A stretch of DNA of 64,000 nt from Calcarisporiella thermophila CBS 279.70 (taxonomy: Eukaryota > Fungi > Calcarisporiellomycota). Positions 47,462 through 60,673 of the stretch are shown in pieces. The DNA lies in the NCBI RefSeq assembly GCF_041956535.1, contig NW_027192205.1, positions 594,877 to 658,876 on the forward strand, in the 5' to 3' direction. The position numbers were made by a program, and so were the translations under genes. The notes below the pieces were generated by a model. That model did no database searches and was not told where the DNA came from. It saw nothing but the letters and a program-made list of their open reading frames with translations. Every line of letters starts with the position of its first letter. The first letter of the stretch is position 1.

Positions 47462-49715
47462 CTAGTGGTGGAACAAGCGGAGGTTCGTCATACAATAAAC
47501 AATGCCATATCCGTTCGCGGCTTGAATGACCTGTTCGTCTTGAATGCTACCGCTAGGTGCTGCGATATAGGATACTCCACTTTGACGTGCACGGTGCACA
47601 TTATCTGGGAACGGGAAGAAAGCATCAGATGACAGAGAAACGCCACTTAATTGATCCAAATGCGCACGGCGCTCCTCTGCGGAGAGAGGTTCTGGCACAG
47701 TATTAAACATTGATGCCCAAGCTTCATATTCTGCGCCTTTGCCGATTTTGTCGAGGATATAAAGATCGATTGCGTTTGATTTATCAGCACGCTTTGCTTC
47801 TTTTTTGAAGTCGAAGTTGAGAATCTTTGGATGATGACGAAGCCACCTATTAAAATAGAGTAGCCAACATAAAATTGAGAGCAACGATCCTGTTTATCCG
47901 TATGAAATTACCAGTTATCTGCCTTGTCACCTGCGAGGCGGGTGCAGTGAATACGTGACTGCTGGCCGGCTCCCAAACCGATTACCATTCCGTTTTTGGC
48001 GTAGCACACGGAATTCGACTGCGTATATTTGAGAGCAATGGTTGCCACTACTAAATCGATGACTGCATTTTTCGGCAGGTCCTTATTGCTACTGACAATG
48101 TTTTGGAAGAGCGAGTCATCTATCTTGGCATCATTTCGTTTCTGCTCAAGGTACAGGCCATAGACTTGTCGCTTTTCCATTTCCTCGGGGACATAGGCTG
48201 GGTCCATCTTAAGCACAGTGTATTTACCAGCCTTCTTCTTTGAAAGAATCTCAAGCGCCGCGGGTTCGAAATCAGGAGCAATCACTCCGTCAGAGACTTC
48301 ACGGGAAATAATCTTGGCGGTGAGAACATCGACTTTGTCACTTAGGGCAATCCAGTCACCGAATGAGGACATGCGATCAGCACCTAGAGATATTGAGGAG
48401 TTGTTAAAATCGATCTCGTTACGAGATTTCTACAGCATTGGTGTTTTTGGCCACCTACCACGAGCACGAGCATATGCACAAGCCAATGGTGTAAGCTCTG
48501 GCAAATCGTCGACAAAATACACTTTTTTCTCTACATCACTCAATGGCAATCCAACAGCAGCACCTGCGGGGGATACATGTTTGAAGGAGGCAGCAGCAGG
48601 AAGTCCAGTGGACTCTTTTAGCTCTTTAACAAGTGCCCATGAGTTCAAGGCATCTAATAAATTAATGTATCCCGGAGAGCCCGACATGACTGAAACAAAA
48701 AGCTATTTAGCAAACGTTAAAAAACATTTTAGGAGAAAGTTTACCTTCAATGGGCAAATTCCCATCTTTGACATAAACTTGCGCAGGCTTTTGATGAGGA
48801 TTGGCTCCATAACGCAGGGTCAATTGAGAAGTCCCAGCAGCATATTGCTGGCGGAAATACCCAGAGATAGCATCATCGTAATCGGCCGTGTGGTTGAAGG
48901 CCTAAGTATCCGTTAATATAAAACGTCCAGAGGTGTTTCGGAATTATAGAGGATATCTCACTTTAAGAGCAAACAATTTACGGGTAGTATCCGAAACTCC
49001 ACCCGATTTCAACTCCTGTACAAACTGGGCATAGTCCGATGGATCCGAGAGAATTGTCACTCGGTCATGGTTTTTTGCAGCGGCGCGTAGAAGTGTCACA
49101 CCACCTTGAAGCGAATAAAATTATCAGCAATATTCGTAATAATAATTAAGAACACCTACCTATATCGATCTCTTCTACAGCTTCTGGGACTGTTACTCCT
49201 GGTTTTGCAATAGTTTCCTTGAAAGGATATAGGTTGCACACAACAAAGTCTATCTTAGCAATTCCCTGCGTAGCAAGGTCCTTTTCATCACTAGGTATAT
49301 TACGTGCAAGGATACCACCATGCACGGCAGGGTGTAGGGTCTTAACACGGCCACCGAGAATTTCAGGGGCTTTGGTGATATCAGAAACATCACTAAGTAT
49401 ACGTGTATAAAATGATTTAGAAAAAAGTAACATATCAACTTAGGGGTGCATTTACCCAATTGGAATTCCTGCCTCACGAATCATACGTGCAGTACCTCCA
49501 GAGCCCAAAAGACGCACATTTTGACCATGGAGCTCCCTGGCAAGTTCAAGAAGACCAGTTTTATTGTAAACCGAGAGGATGGCTAAAAAACACGAAGATA
49601 TTAAGACATTAGGAATCCATCTTAGGAGTATGTATAATATATGCAAAAATAATGTAAGCTATTATTAAAAACTAAAAGAATATGGAAATTATGTACCAAT
49701 TTTTTGGTCCGACAT
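47462..49715 (-). CDS. ADE17: Bifunctional AICAR transformylase/IMP cyclohydrolase (PurH/Ade16-17), multi-exon
   Basis: [82 protein letters not shown]-terminal LRLFHH. Confidence 0.96.
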
Positions 49716-49890
49716 GACAAAAACGCAATTGCTTTGAAAAAATTCAGAAGATGCTTGAGCTTGTCAAACTGTTTGGATTTTCTAAAATGAAAAAAAAATT
49801 TCCCCGAGATTACTGAGGTAAGCCACGGATGTTGGCAGTCACTCAATACTTTTGTTACTTTTTGTGGAGAGAAAGTCTGACAAGAAATTA

Positions 49891-52800
49891 ATGACGAGTG
49901 CGACGGCTCGCTCACCTGTCTCCTTATGGAGGCAATCGCGTCAACAGCATCCCGAAGTTCGTGCGTATACGCGTACTGTACTCCATAACCCGGTAATCCG
50001 TCAGGTAGCCTTGTGCGCCTTAAGATCTCCAGTGGCAAAAGATGTAATTTTCTCAAAGGTATTTAGCACTATCCATTTATCTAATAGAAAATGTTTTCTA
50101 ACTTTGTTAATTAATAATACTTTATTTTAACAAGGAAACCTCTTTAGAGCTCTTAGAACTTCAGGAAAACTTCACGCTCAGTTCTCTGCTAGAGCAGCCT
50201 ACCTTTGGTATTGTCAAAGATATGCGTGTACTGCATTGCTTCTTCAATGACGACAGGGTAGCTGGCGAACTTTCTCAGAAATGTACCACTATTCCTGGTG
50301 AAGATGTACTCGTTTTTCTATCCGACTCTGGCATGCTCTCATTTGTAACTTGGAAACCGCCAGAAGATGGAAATAAGGGTCGTTTTATTGCGGCTGCGCA
50401 GGTATCATCGTAATATTGGTCAGCCACCATAATATGAAGTACCTTAATAATCCAAATATCTTGTATTCATATTACCAGCATCCTATTTCTCGACCTGGCT
50501 TTCACTTCAAGGATACTCAGCGACTGCTATGCATTGACCCTTTGTAAGCGATTAACACTTCTAGTTTCTTAAAGTTTCCATATTAATAAGATACCTTACT
50601 TGGTCCTAGATCAAGAGTCATTGCCGCAGCCCCTTTTCAAGATTCTGTTACTATAATTACTCTAAACACACTAACTCGAGAGAACTTTGATCCCGTCAAA
50701 GAAGTAAAACAAATTTTATGAAAATTAAAAAACCTTTAACTAATCCCTTTCCATCTTATTAGGTAAAACATATTGCTTTCGAGGGAGTTGTCCTCGATAT
50801 GGCATTCCTTTTTCCTTCTGATGGCCAAGAAGAATTCGCATACCTCGTAATGGCTTTTGCAGGGTGAGTGCAATAGATTCTATGGTATCTATGTTTTAGA
50901 AAGTGCTGACCCGTTTTTTATAGTGATGTGGATAAATCAATGAATATCAGCATATATCAAATAGCAACCAGCAAAATCCTGGAGCATTCAAATTTATATG
51001 CTAATATGACACTGTACCATGGTACTACTTATTCTTTAGTTTTTAATACCCCGATGTAATTTGAATTATTTTATGTCAGGTGGCCCGATTTTATTGCGCG
51101 TTATTGCAATTCCAGAATACCCGGAAAACTTCTTAGTGTTTTCAGTTAGTTAACCTATATCATTTAGAGGTTTTTTTTTGTTCCATTTAGCATTTAAATT
51201 CCTTAGGAAACTGAAGCAATGCTACTTCGCGTCTCACAAGTGGTTTCAGCAGTAACCGATTATCCACGGTGTGTCGTTCTTTCCTCTGATAACGATGGTA
51301 AGCAGACATATTCAAAGCTTATGCAGTAGTTCTCTAATGTTTTTTCATTTTTATAGCTATATTAACAGCGTTTACTTCAATCCAATCTTCTAACGGCTCA
51401 CAATATCTCTATGCAAGCAGCGATGAAGGCACAATATTCAAAATCAGCCCCTCGTTGGACTGTGGAATACAAGTTTGTCGGGTAGATGACATATTTCCCG
51501 TTGGGCCTACAATGGCTTTACTCTCCTCTTCAGAAGAGTTCGGCGATATACTAGCTGTTACAGGAGAAATGTGTGACGGAGCTGTTATATCGGTTGGTCC
51601 ATTATATTTGCCTCACTTAGTCAAGGTTTAATGTAATTTACAAAATGTTTGGTTTATGCTAGGTACTTGGTAGCCAGAAAATTTCCCAACTTCAAACTAT
51701 AGCAAACTGGTCCCCAGTTGTTGATTTTCGTCTTGTCGATACTTACCACTCCAAATTCAATACCGCCTATTTGTGTAGTGGTCGGGGACGGTACGGAGCC
51801 ATACGAGAAGTGCGATTTGGGATTGGAATTGAGACAACAGCTACCACTGCAGCGGAGTTTAATGGGTAGGCTAATTTTTGCTGCAATATGCTTTGATATT
51901 TCAACTTATTTTGGGCTGATAGGATTACCGGTATATGGAATTTAAAAAATCGACCAGAAGACAGCAACGATACCTTTTTGGTGCTTTCATTTGTACGAGA
52001 GACGAGACTCATGGATTTAGGAAGTAGGTCAATTCGAATTTTAATGCAACAGATATGTGCTGAGCATATTTCTTGCTTTTCTTTACAGCTGGTGAACTGG
52101 AAGACATTACAGATACCAGTGGCTTCGACATGAACATGAGCACGATCTATGCCTCGACACTCCCTGAAGCTCCGGGGTATCTGATGCAAGTACATAATGA
52201 TGCGATTGTTATTACGCAACCAAGACGGAAGGAAAATTTAGATGATATCAAAGAGCAAGAAGTGATCCGTTGGACTCCGCCATTTGAGTGGAATATCGTG
52301 CTCGCCACAAGCGGCGGTATGAGAGTTTTCCTGTGTCTAGCTAAGGGATATAAAAATACTCTTTGCATATATACAGTGACTTTAGATGGTCATAGGTTCG
52401 AATAATTGTGTGTTACTTACCAATAAGGCTGGCGATATTAACAATTCTCGTTTTCTGATAATTAAGAGAAGCACTTTCTCTGGAGGTGTCTAAGAAATTG
52501 CAAGATGAACCTAGCTGTATTTCCTGGTGCCCCTCAGAGTAATCCTTCTCGTTGCGATTCTTTATTAAGTCCAATCAATTTTCTAACCATGCCTATTAGC
52601 GATGAATTCTATCACACATTCATTCTGCTCGGAAACCACGCCCCCTCAGTTGACATTTTCGCGTTGGGGAAAACCGGATATTTGACGCCTCACAAAAGAA
52701 TAGTTTTAAGTATATACCTCATGGCTTAGAGTAACTCTGATGATTTGGTTATTTATCCTTGGTAAAATAGACGATTATGCACTCAGACTCATCAATGTTC

Positions 52801-54948
52801 CCCACTCTGTATTTTTAACTTGCCGTGACGATCATCGCCAGTCATATCTTGTTATTGGTCTCCGTGAAGGGAGCGTAGTTTACTTTGATGTGGATTGGGA
52901 AGAATATGGCATGCCTACATATACAAACCCGGTCATACGTCGCGTAGGAACTCTACCTGTACGTCTAATACCCGGAGAGAGAGGAGAGTTTTTAGCGCTG
53001 TCAGACCTGGAATGGAAAGTCTCATTGGGTTGGACTAGTCTTGAGTTTTCAAGAATTTTACTTGATAACCCACAGCAGGTAAGTACTCTTTTGAAAATTA
53101 CATTAATTTTATTTATTTAATCCTGGTGTTAATCCTGAATAGATAACGATGGCTACCCCCTTCTCTTACAATGATTCCATCTCCACCTATATGATTATTA
53201 CCGATGATGGCCGTCTTCACTTTGCCTCTCTTCGCGAGCGACCTCGATATAAGATGCGGACCATTCCATTGAACGAAATGCCCAGACGTCTAGTGTATGA
53301 TGAGAAAAGTGGAAATCTGGTAGTAGCGTGCTTGGGTCGCGAGGCAATGATAAAAGTGGTTGATCCGAAAAGGTAGACGATGAAATAATCCATTTGTAAA
53401 GTAGAGGTGTGCTGACTTTTACTCTGACTGCAGAGGAAAAATCTTGCACGAAAAGAATTTATTTGAAGAGGAGATATATTGCATGATAGGTAGGCAATAG
53501 TTTATCCTCCCTTATTTGACTCGTAGATAGTTGCTTCAACTACAATGCTTTTTAGGGTGGAAGTTAAAATCCGACCACGGCTGCAAAGAGATTATTGTCG
53601 TTGGAACAGGAGTACGCACATTTTTTGATTTCAATGTTCCGCCGTCGCTGGGACTCTGCCATTTATTCGAATTGGAGGTACTTCACTTTTATTCACTTAT
53701 AATTTCTCCCTGCTAATTGTTGTTCATTAGGAAAATGAACAAAAAGAAGTGCGACTTACCGAGATCTGTCACAATGATTTTCATGAGGGAGCGGTCCATG
53801 CAGTGTGTCCCCTAATGGATGACTATCTTCTCATATCGTCCGGGAAAATATTGAATATTTATCAGTTTAATTTTGAAAACAATACGTAAGCATATTTATT
53901 TGTTGTTCGATCTTTGCCAAGGGCAACTCAATTCTGCCACTTTACTAGTCTCACGCTTATCCACCGTAAGATTCTTCGTTGTCTCATCACAAGCTTGAGT
54001 ACATATGGCAATCGGATCTGCGTCGGCACACAAAAGGATTCCCTCTTGCTTTTTTCATTTAGTTCTACTCCAGTGGCACCTTCTTCCGCCCATGCTGCTA
54101 ATATTACTCCTACCTCGACTACAACCCTCACATTTCTTAAGAGCGAGGCCAATTCACGCATGATTGACGATAGTCTGATGCTTTCAGATAGCCTTGTAAT
54201 AGCCTCTGATAAGATGGGCGGAGTATTTGGGATGGGATGTCCGGTGGATGGCAGGCGAGAGCGAGGAGATGATGAAAGTAGGGAAAGGACAACTAATAGT
54301 GGATGGAATGGGGGCGGAGTAAGTAAGAGTGTAGGCCCGTATTTTAGTGTTGGACGTGGTGAAGTCGTCCCTCGGTTTCGCGTAGGTTCACTGGTATTTC
54401 CGCATTGGAACAATACTATGAGATTAGATCTGGGTGAAGATGATTATGAGAAGGCGAGGAAGGAAATCACCTTAAGTTGGCATCAAGGATGGGATGGAAA
54501 GGGAGAAAAGGAGGGTGGTAAAGTAGACGACCAAGGGGAGAGTGTTGTCGGATGCACCGTGTTAGGAGGATTACAAGTATGGCTCCGTCTTAACCAACAC
54601 GCATACGAAATACTAGTGCTTTTGCAGCGCGCCCTGGAGCGCCATTCAGGGACCAGCTTACTTCTGTCCAATCAACATTCGCGCCCGGCGCGCCACTCGT
54701 TTTCCCACGCTATAAATGGCGACTTCGTGACCTCGTTCTTATATCTTTCAGCCAGAGAGCAAGAGGAGGTCCTACTGAGATATCCGGACTTGGTAGCAAG
54801 GGTAGTCGAACCGGATGCTTGGGGCTTGTTATTGGGAAACGAAAATCGAGATATCCTGTTTGGGATAAGCGAGGTTGGGAGGAGAGTAAGAGCCATAGCC
54901 AAAGGGTTATGTGCACTGCTAGAGAAACTAGAAGGGAAATGTGTATAG
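49891..54948 (+). CDS. DDB1/Rse1/Mms1-family multi-beta-propeller protein (MMS1_N + CPSF_A-like), about 19 introns
   Basis: DVIFSK/ETSLELL, EQPTFGIVKDM, VFLSDSG, IANWSPVVDF, VCSGRGRYGAIREVRFGI, GITGIWNLK, LVLSFVRET, GLREGSV, INGDFV. Confidence 0.82.
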
Positions 54949-55715
54949 ATAAAATTATACCGTCATATTGAAACGGATTTTCTTTGTAATGCACTATTTT
55001 ATTAAAAGATTGCTGGAAATCTAAAAGGTAAAGACGTATAGGTCATCGTACATAAAGTGCTGCTGTATTTACAACAAGATAATTGAGAATATCTCAACGA
55101 TAAACAATCTGGCTTTTCGCGTGAGGCTCTCCTAGGGATGAATACTACTCGCAGTAATGAGCAAAAGAATTGAATCTTCAAACATATTGCACTTATTGAT
55201 CTCTCCACTTACCGCATGTGTAACTTCTATTGTCGGTTTACCTGGACAACTAATATCGAGGATATTTCATATGTTTCAGTTAAATTCTATTAACAATTAG
55301 TTTGCAATTATGCCTTACATTCTGAAAAGTCTTGGAAAAGGAGAGCAAACAATCTTGTTTGGAACAAGTTTGCATTGGTATTGAACAATCTCAGCGAGTC
55401 TGCACTCCTCCTTTACATGTTGTTTGGGTGACGGATCAACTTGTGTAGACATGCTGACGAATGACAAGTTTTTTTTCCAAAAGAAAAGTTGATGATCGCA
55501 GGATTGACGTCAGCATAAAGGGATTTCAATAAGTTAGTCTCTGCTCTCTTGCTCCTCTTTACGCTGAAAGAGAATCAAAAAAAAAATAATTTATTCACAC
55601 ACGCATTTTTTCTTGTTCCTTTCTTTCTCTTCTTCTTCTCTCTTCCCTCCTCTATATATACATATATATTAATTTCACTTTATTCAAATCCGCAGAAAAA
55701 AAAATTGTCAAAAAG

Positions 55716-57013
55716 ATGCATTCGCAACTTCAACAATACCTTCAATATCAATCGTCGATCCCGCAGCCATTGCCCACGCAATCACTTGCCTCTCAGCTCC
55801 AGGCTCTTCAATCGGGCGGAGGGAATACAGCTATACCTGCTGGACTCAATGACGCGTTCTTCCATCCCTCTACTCTCCAACAGCATCTTCAGCCGCCTAA
55901 TATTTCTCAGCCACAACCTTCTTCACAGCAACAACAGCAGGCCCAGCAACAACAACAGCAGCAACAACAGCAACAACAACAACAACAGCAGCAGCAGCAG
56001 CAACAGCAGCGGTTACTCGAGGAGGAGCGAATCTACCAGCTGGTGTTAGAATTACTCAATCCTCCTGTGCGCGAACATGCTCTGTTGGAGTTGAGCAAGA
56101 AAAGAGAGCAACATCCAGATTTAGCATTGGTGCTCTGGCATTCTTGCGGTAATCTATTGAATTGATCGATGACATTTCCTAATTATGAGCTCATTTGTAT
56201 TTTTTTGTTGTTAGGCATTATGTCTGTTTTACTGCAAGAGATTGTTTCCATCTATCCACTACTCTCACCGCCTAACTTGCAAACCACTGCATCTAACCGA
56301 GTTTGTAATGCTCTGGCCTTGTTGCAGTGCGTGGCAAGTCATAATGACACTCGTACCCTCTTCTTGAACTGTATGTTTGATATTCATTCATTGGTTTTTC
56401 TTGATACATAATGTTTATTATGTTTTTAGCTCATATTCCGCTCTTTCTTTATCCGTTTTTAAACACGACGAGTCGCTCTCGTCCTTTTGAGTATCTACGC
56501 CTGACAAGTCTTGGTGTAATCGGTGCATTGGTGAAGAATGATGACCCCGAGGTTATCAATTTCCTGTTGAGCACAGAAATTATACCTTTATGTCTACGCA
56601 TAATGGAAACTGGGAGCGAGTTATCCAAGACGGTGCGGACCAAAATGCTATGAGTTTCTTATATTGGTACTAATTCTCATGACCCTTTCTAGGTGGCAAT
56701 ATTCATTGTCCAGAAGATCCTCCTTGATGAAGTTGGCCTCAGTTATATTTGCCAGACTTATGAGCGGTTTTATGCAGTTGCTGCGGTACTCCAGAACATG
56801 GTTGCACAGCTTGTTGAGACCCAAGCCGGTGCTCGCCTCCTTAAACATGTAGTCCGCTGTTATCTGCGGCTTTCGGATAATCCTAGAGCGCGTGAAGCCC
56901 TCCGTGAATGTCTACCAGAACCGTTACGCAACGGGACGTTTGCACCGATGTTGAAGGATGATATCACAACGAAACGATGCCTAGCGCAGCTCCTGCACAA
57001 TCTTGCCACATAA
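55716..57013 (+). CDS. CAF40: CCR4-NOT subunit Caf40/Rcd1/CNOT9 with polyQ N-terminus, 4 exons
   Basis: [75 protein letters not shown]. Confidence 0.96.
55926..56009 (+). repeat. CAG/CAA trinucleotide repeat (coding polyQ)
   Basis: Read directly within exon 1 of CAF40. Confidence 0.9.
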
Positions 57014-57851
57014 TTGCGTTCCACTAATGGTAATGGGAACAAGAAAAGAAATATCAAAATATATATATTTCGTTTGGAAATTTATTTGGTTTTTTTTTAT
57101 TTCGAATTATTTTTTTGGTTGATAAGAGTGGGAATTCGGAGAGAGGAATAGAACTTTTTTTTTTCCCTTTTTTCTTTGTTGTGTTTATTTTCTTTTTTCT
57201 GTATTTTTTTTTCCCTTTTTTATTCTGCTCTTTATTTTCATTTAAATCTCCAGATTATATATTCTCTTTTATATTATAATAGGCAATGTTGTCTTTTGAG
57301 ACATTTTTCTTTCTCCCTTGCTTTATCATGTATGTTTAAACTTTCAAGGATCCTCTATGAGTTTTTTTTTTTTTGTGCTCTTTTTTCTTCCTCTCCTTAT
57401 AATATTCATATTTTCCACTTTTTTATGGGAGTGTGGATTTTTATTTCATTAGCGTTCTAAAAGTTTTTAAATCCTTCATTATTTCTTCCCAATAGGTCAC
57501 ATAAAAGGGTATTTTTGCTTTCATTATTCACATGCTCTTCATGAAATGTAGTTAGACGAGAGCTTGTGAACCAGTCGACAAAGTTCCAGTAAGAGTAGTG
57601 ATAGCTTAGGTCTTAACGACCCGTGACTAAAGCTCAACATCCTACGTATACTCTAAATTGTCTACTAGGAAATAGAGTAATTAACAGCCACAAGTTAAAT
57701 CGAAAAAATATTCAAAGTTTTGATCAAAAGGAGACAGATTTGATAATTTTTACGGCGCAGCTTCAGCGAAAACATAATAACGAATCGAAAAAACTAAAAA
57801 TTTAGAGTGCTTTTGCCACTCTTGCCCTCAATATTGTATTGCTTATGAAAA

Positions 57852-60202
57852 ATGACAGTAGCAAACGAGCAAAATGAACATGAAGATGCCAAGAGCGCCA
57901 TTCGAAATACTGGATATCAACCTATATCTTTACCTTTTGATATCTCCGACACTTCTCTTCGGATAATCGAACGCTTGCCCGGCATGGACTCTTTGGTACA
58001 TAAAATCTTGAAGGATATCTTATTTCATGCTAAAACAAGGCGTGGAGGCGGTGGTATAATAAACGGAAAGCCTGGAACAGGAAAATCGGCATTAGCTCGC
58101 TGCATTGCTGGTATATATTTCCATAGTTTAAATTGTAAATAAGAATGAGAATGCATTTCGATTTATAGAGAGCACGGGACTAGGATATAAGATTGTCAAC
58201 TGTCCAGATATATTTCAAACTGGTAATCATTTCCTCTCTTTTTCTGGTTCATTCTAGCGTATCTGATTGTATAAGTTTAGATGAAGGAGAGAGTGAGCGC
58301 AAAATTGAAGAAATCTTCAAAGCTACAATTGAGTCTCCGGTGCTCTCCATTGTAATCCTGGATGAGATCGATGTTATTGCAGCTGCCAACCACCGCACAG
58401 GTATCTCTGTCGCAGAACTCAAGTATTTCATAGGAAATCCTCATATATTTAATATGATATCAACTAGGCGTCGAAGGTCGTGTCTACTCTGCGCTAGTAA
58501 ACGCACTGGATGATGTGGTTGAGAAAGGGAACGTATTTGTGTTGGGAATTACAACCCGTGCACATGTGTTGGACAGAAGCGTGACGCGGCCTGGAAGATT
58601 AGATCGCGATTATGCTATTGGATTATTGACAGCAAAAGAACGGTACAAAGTGTTGAACTTACTTACCGAAAGTAAGCTAGAGCTGACAATTACTATTCCA
58701 AATACAATGATTTTTGGAAACAAATTAAATGTTATAAACCTGATAAATGACGGCTATTTTTCTTGATCCTTCGTTGATATAACTAGAAATCCCATTTGAA
58801 AAATCAGAGCGCGAAGGCATTCTCCAGGCAGTAAGTAAACGGACGCATGGTTTTGTGCCAACTGATCTGCAGAATCTTTGCACGCAAGTCGCTCTTTCCT
58901 TAATTTCTTCCCATAAATCAACCATCGCCTACTCTGACTTCGATAACGCCCTCCAATCTATTCGCCCTTCCGCCCTCTCCGAATTTCATGTTCCAATTCC
59001 TCCTGTACGCTTTAAGAATCTCTATGGAGTTAAATCTATTATAGAGGATCTGCAAGCTTCCGTCGTACGGCCCTTCGAGCACCCAGAGCATTTTCTTAGC
59101 ATGGGGATTGCTCCTCCACGTGGGGTTTTAGTATATGGTCCACCCGGAGTAGGGAAAACAATGCTATGTTGTGCTCTGGCCGCAGAAACTGGTTTAAATT
59201 TCATGCATGTGGAGGCTTCACAAATTCGATCAAAGATAGTTGGAGAATCCGAGCGGAATATTGCAAAGATGTTTGCTGCAGCAAAAGGTAGCGCACCTAG
59301 CATATTGTTTATTGATCAGGTATGCGGTTACCACACTCAAGGCGCCAATTTAAGTATTACTGAAAAGACCTGGCTTACATGCAGATAGATGTGCTCGCGC
59401 CAAGGAGAGGAACCAGTACTACCTCGGAGAATACAAGCGACCGGATAGTGACTGGGATATTGACAGGTAATATTGCTCTTGTTCCCAATAATCGTGCACA
59501 GTTATATGGACTGGACCTGTATTAGAAATGGATGGTTTCTTCACTGATAACCAGGAAGTGAACGTACTGCTTATTGCTGGTGAGTGGATACACCCACGTG
59601 TCAGAAATGATTTTCTATAGTTATTATTTTACCTTTTATGCATCAACTTAGCATCCAATAGACCCCAAATGATTGACCCAGCACTGCTAAGACCTGGAAG
59701 ACTTGATATACATGTGTATATGGGACCGCCGGATGCTCAAGTAAGCCAAAGTGGCGTTAAGCAGTAAAGAATATTGACTAAGTTAAAGCCCTTCTAGCAA
59801 CGGCTAGAAATTTTCCAAGGAATTGCTAGTACGATGCCTTTGCAACTAGACGACAAGCAAATGCGATGGTGGGCGGAGAAAACGGAAGGATGCTCCGGTA
59901 AGTAGAGCCGCAATCGCCTTAATGAAATCGAGGTAGCCAACGGATGAGTCTACTTTAGGAGCGGATATAGAAAATTTGTGTCGCGAGGCGGCACTATTGG
60001 CCCTTAGAGAAAGCATTCAGGAAGATAAAGTATATGCACATCCAATCTTGCTATCTGGATGCCGAAGTTATTACACGAGCTAATAACGCTATGCAATAAT
60101 TAGGTAACTCATGAAAATCTGCTAAGAGCACGAATTGGAGTTCGACCTTCTCTTCTTGGCTACATTCCAAGCCACCCTTATGGAGCACTTCATCCATGTT
60201 AA
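57852..60202 (+). CDS. Tandem (type II) AAA+ ATPase of the CDC48/AFG2-like group, no N-domain, about 10 introns
   Basis: D1 GKPGTGKS / IVILDEID / RPGRLDR; D2 [16 protein letters not shown] / VGESERNI / ILFIDQID / [11 protein letters not shown] / [13 protein letters not shown]. Confidence 0.88.
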
Positions 60203-60673
60203 TAAAATAGTTCACTTCACACGATACCTTCACTATTGAATAAATTTGTAACCTTGCCTTGGGCCAGAGGCTATGGAAAAAGCTACCAATCTTTGGTTAG
60301 GCGCATCAGACTCCATTCCAAAGTTAGCCAGCACGTCAAATGGACGTAGTAATTGACCGTTCAGCTTTTGCTCTAGGTTTACTCTATTTATGGCTTGTTG
60401 TTTCTGAGCAATTTGACATAATTATTCGGTGGCAAATTTTCAAATTTATCACTCGATAGATTAACTGTGCGCGACACGCCATATGTTACTGCTGCCCCAA
60501 ACTAGTTATTTTTTTTTTTCATTCCCTTTTTTCTTTTTTTTTTGAAATCATAAGAGTTCATCTTGCTTTCTTTTTGAAGTCATTATTATTGAAACTACTC
60601 GAGTTAAACGCTGGGTTATACCTACCGGACTTATATCTACCAAGAGTTTGCAGACAGTTTATCACCATAAGAT

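Noticed and set aside
30005-54948. Three cullin-adaptor-type genes (BTB, F-box, DDB1-like) within 25 kb
   Set aside because: Large common families interspersed with unrelated genes; no sign of functional clustering
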